Source: Trichlorobacter lovleyi SZ
GTDB taxonomy: Bacteria > Desulfobacterota > Desulfuromonadia > Geobacterales > Pseudopelobacteraceae
Length of the DNA stretch: 32,000 nucleotides
Direction: 5' to 3'
Assembly (NCBI RefSeq): GCF_000020385.1
Contig: NC_010814.1
Coordinates: 1,890,001-1,922,000, forward strand
The position numbers and the translations under genes are program-made. The notes under the pieces were generated by a model, which worked only from the letters and a program-made list of their open reading frames with translations, made no database searches and had not been told where the DNA came from. Shown here one piece after another: positions 31,336-32,000 of the stretch; the stretch's first letter is position 1, and every line of letters begins with the position of its first letter.

Positions 31336-32000
31336 GATCATCCTCGGCAGTTGCCATAAAACCGACACCACGGATGGTGCGGATCAGTTTCAGCGGGAAG
31401 GGGCCATCCAGCTTACGGCGCAGACGGGCGATATTGACGTCAATGACATTGTCAAGCGGTGTGGAGCGCTCTCGCACCTTCCAGACATCATGGGCCAGCA
31501 TCTCGCGGGATACCACATGTCCCTGATGCCGCAGCAGATATTCCAGCAGTTCGAATTCACGGGAGGTCAGGTCAAGCAGCTGCCCGTCACGGAGGGCCTG
31601 GTGGGTCGGCAGGTTCAGTTCAAGGTCTGCCAGCGTCAGCACGTTAGCCGTTTCATGTCTGCCGCGCCGCAATAATAGACGTATCCGTGCCAGCAACTCA
31701 GGAAAGGCAAACGGCTTGACCAGGTAGTCATCGGCACCGCTGTCCAGGCCCAAGACCCGGTCTTCAACCGTGTCCCGCCCTGTCAGAATCAGTACTGGCA
31801 GGGTAAAACCCTTGGCCCGCAACGTCTGTAATACTTCCAGACCATCATGGCCCGGCAGCATCAGATCAAGCAGCATCAGATCAAAATAGTCGGCATTCAG
31901 GCAAAAAAATCCCTCTTCACCGCTGGCTGCGGTGACCACCTGATAGCCTTCTGCCTCAAGCCCCAGCTTCAGTGCTTCAGCAATCTTGCGCTCATCTTCA
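31319..32000 (-). CDS. OmpR-family response regulator (CusR-like), 5' end beyond the window
   Basis: The receiver domain continues upstream of the track's GTG (...EDERKIAEALKLGLEAEGYQVVTAASGEEG..., phospho-acceptor context DLMLLDLMLPG). The winged-helix output reads LTSREFELLEYLL...IRTIRGVGF. Confidence 0.9.
   Translation of the reverse strand, partial: EDERKIAEALKLGLEAEGYQVVTAASGEEGFFCLNADYFDLMLLDLMLPGHDGLEVLQTLRAKGFTLPVLILTGRDTVEDRVLGLDSGADDYLVKPFAFPELLARIRLLLRRGRHETANVLTLADLELNLPTHQALRDGQLLDLTSREFELLEYLLRHQGHVVSREMLAHDVWKVRERSTPLDNVIDVNIARLRRKLDGPFPLKLIRTIRGVGFMATAEDDHAAAQ

Overview
This is a moderately GC-rich bacterial chromosomal segment. The gene content suggests an anaerobic, Geobacter/Desulfuromonadales-like organism: a multihaem c-type cytochrome, two rubrerythrins, a class III RNR, feo genes and a Tat FeS/cytochrome b module. 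That assignment is inference only. No rRNA, tRNA, CRISPR array, transposase or integrase was seen.

Gene order, left to right:
1. A PHP-phosphoesterase/APH-like kinase fusion, translationally coupled to a class II photolyase and a CPA2 K+/H+ antiporter.
2. A Tat FeS protein plus cytochrome b pair.
3. nrdD and nrdG behind a candidate NrdR box pair, a cobalamin riboswitch and a terminator. The NrdD glycyl-radical segment lies in a separate small ORF.
4. A long minus-strand iron operon: DUF3793, DUF2325, HemP, beta-barrel porin, FeoA with a Cys/His-rich insert, FeoA, FeoB, a Cys-rich peptide and a FeoA-GGDEF fusion. Most of it is bracketed by a perfect 798-bp inverted duplication of the porin ORF.
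5. A Fur/PerR-family regulator, followed by a peroxide-stress cluster (rubrerythrin, KatG, DUF4149, rubrerythrin).
6. A MacB-type ABC / LolA-like / outer-membrane barrel / NTF2-like operon.
7. A hexahaem cytochrome, a FetAB-like iron exporter and a CusRS-like two-component system.

The overall theme is iron homeostasis and oxygen/peroxide stress. The most unusual items are the inverted porin-ORF repeat around the expanded feo module, the split nrdD, and the FeoA-GGDEF fusion. All family assignments come from reading motifs in the supplied translations. No database search was run.
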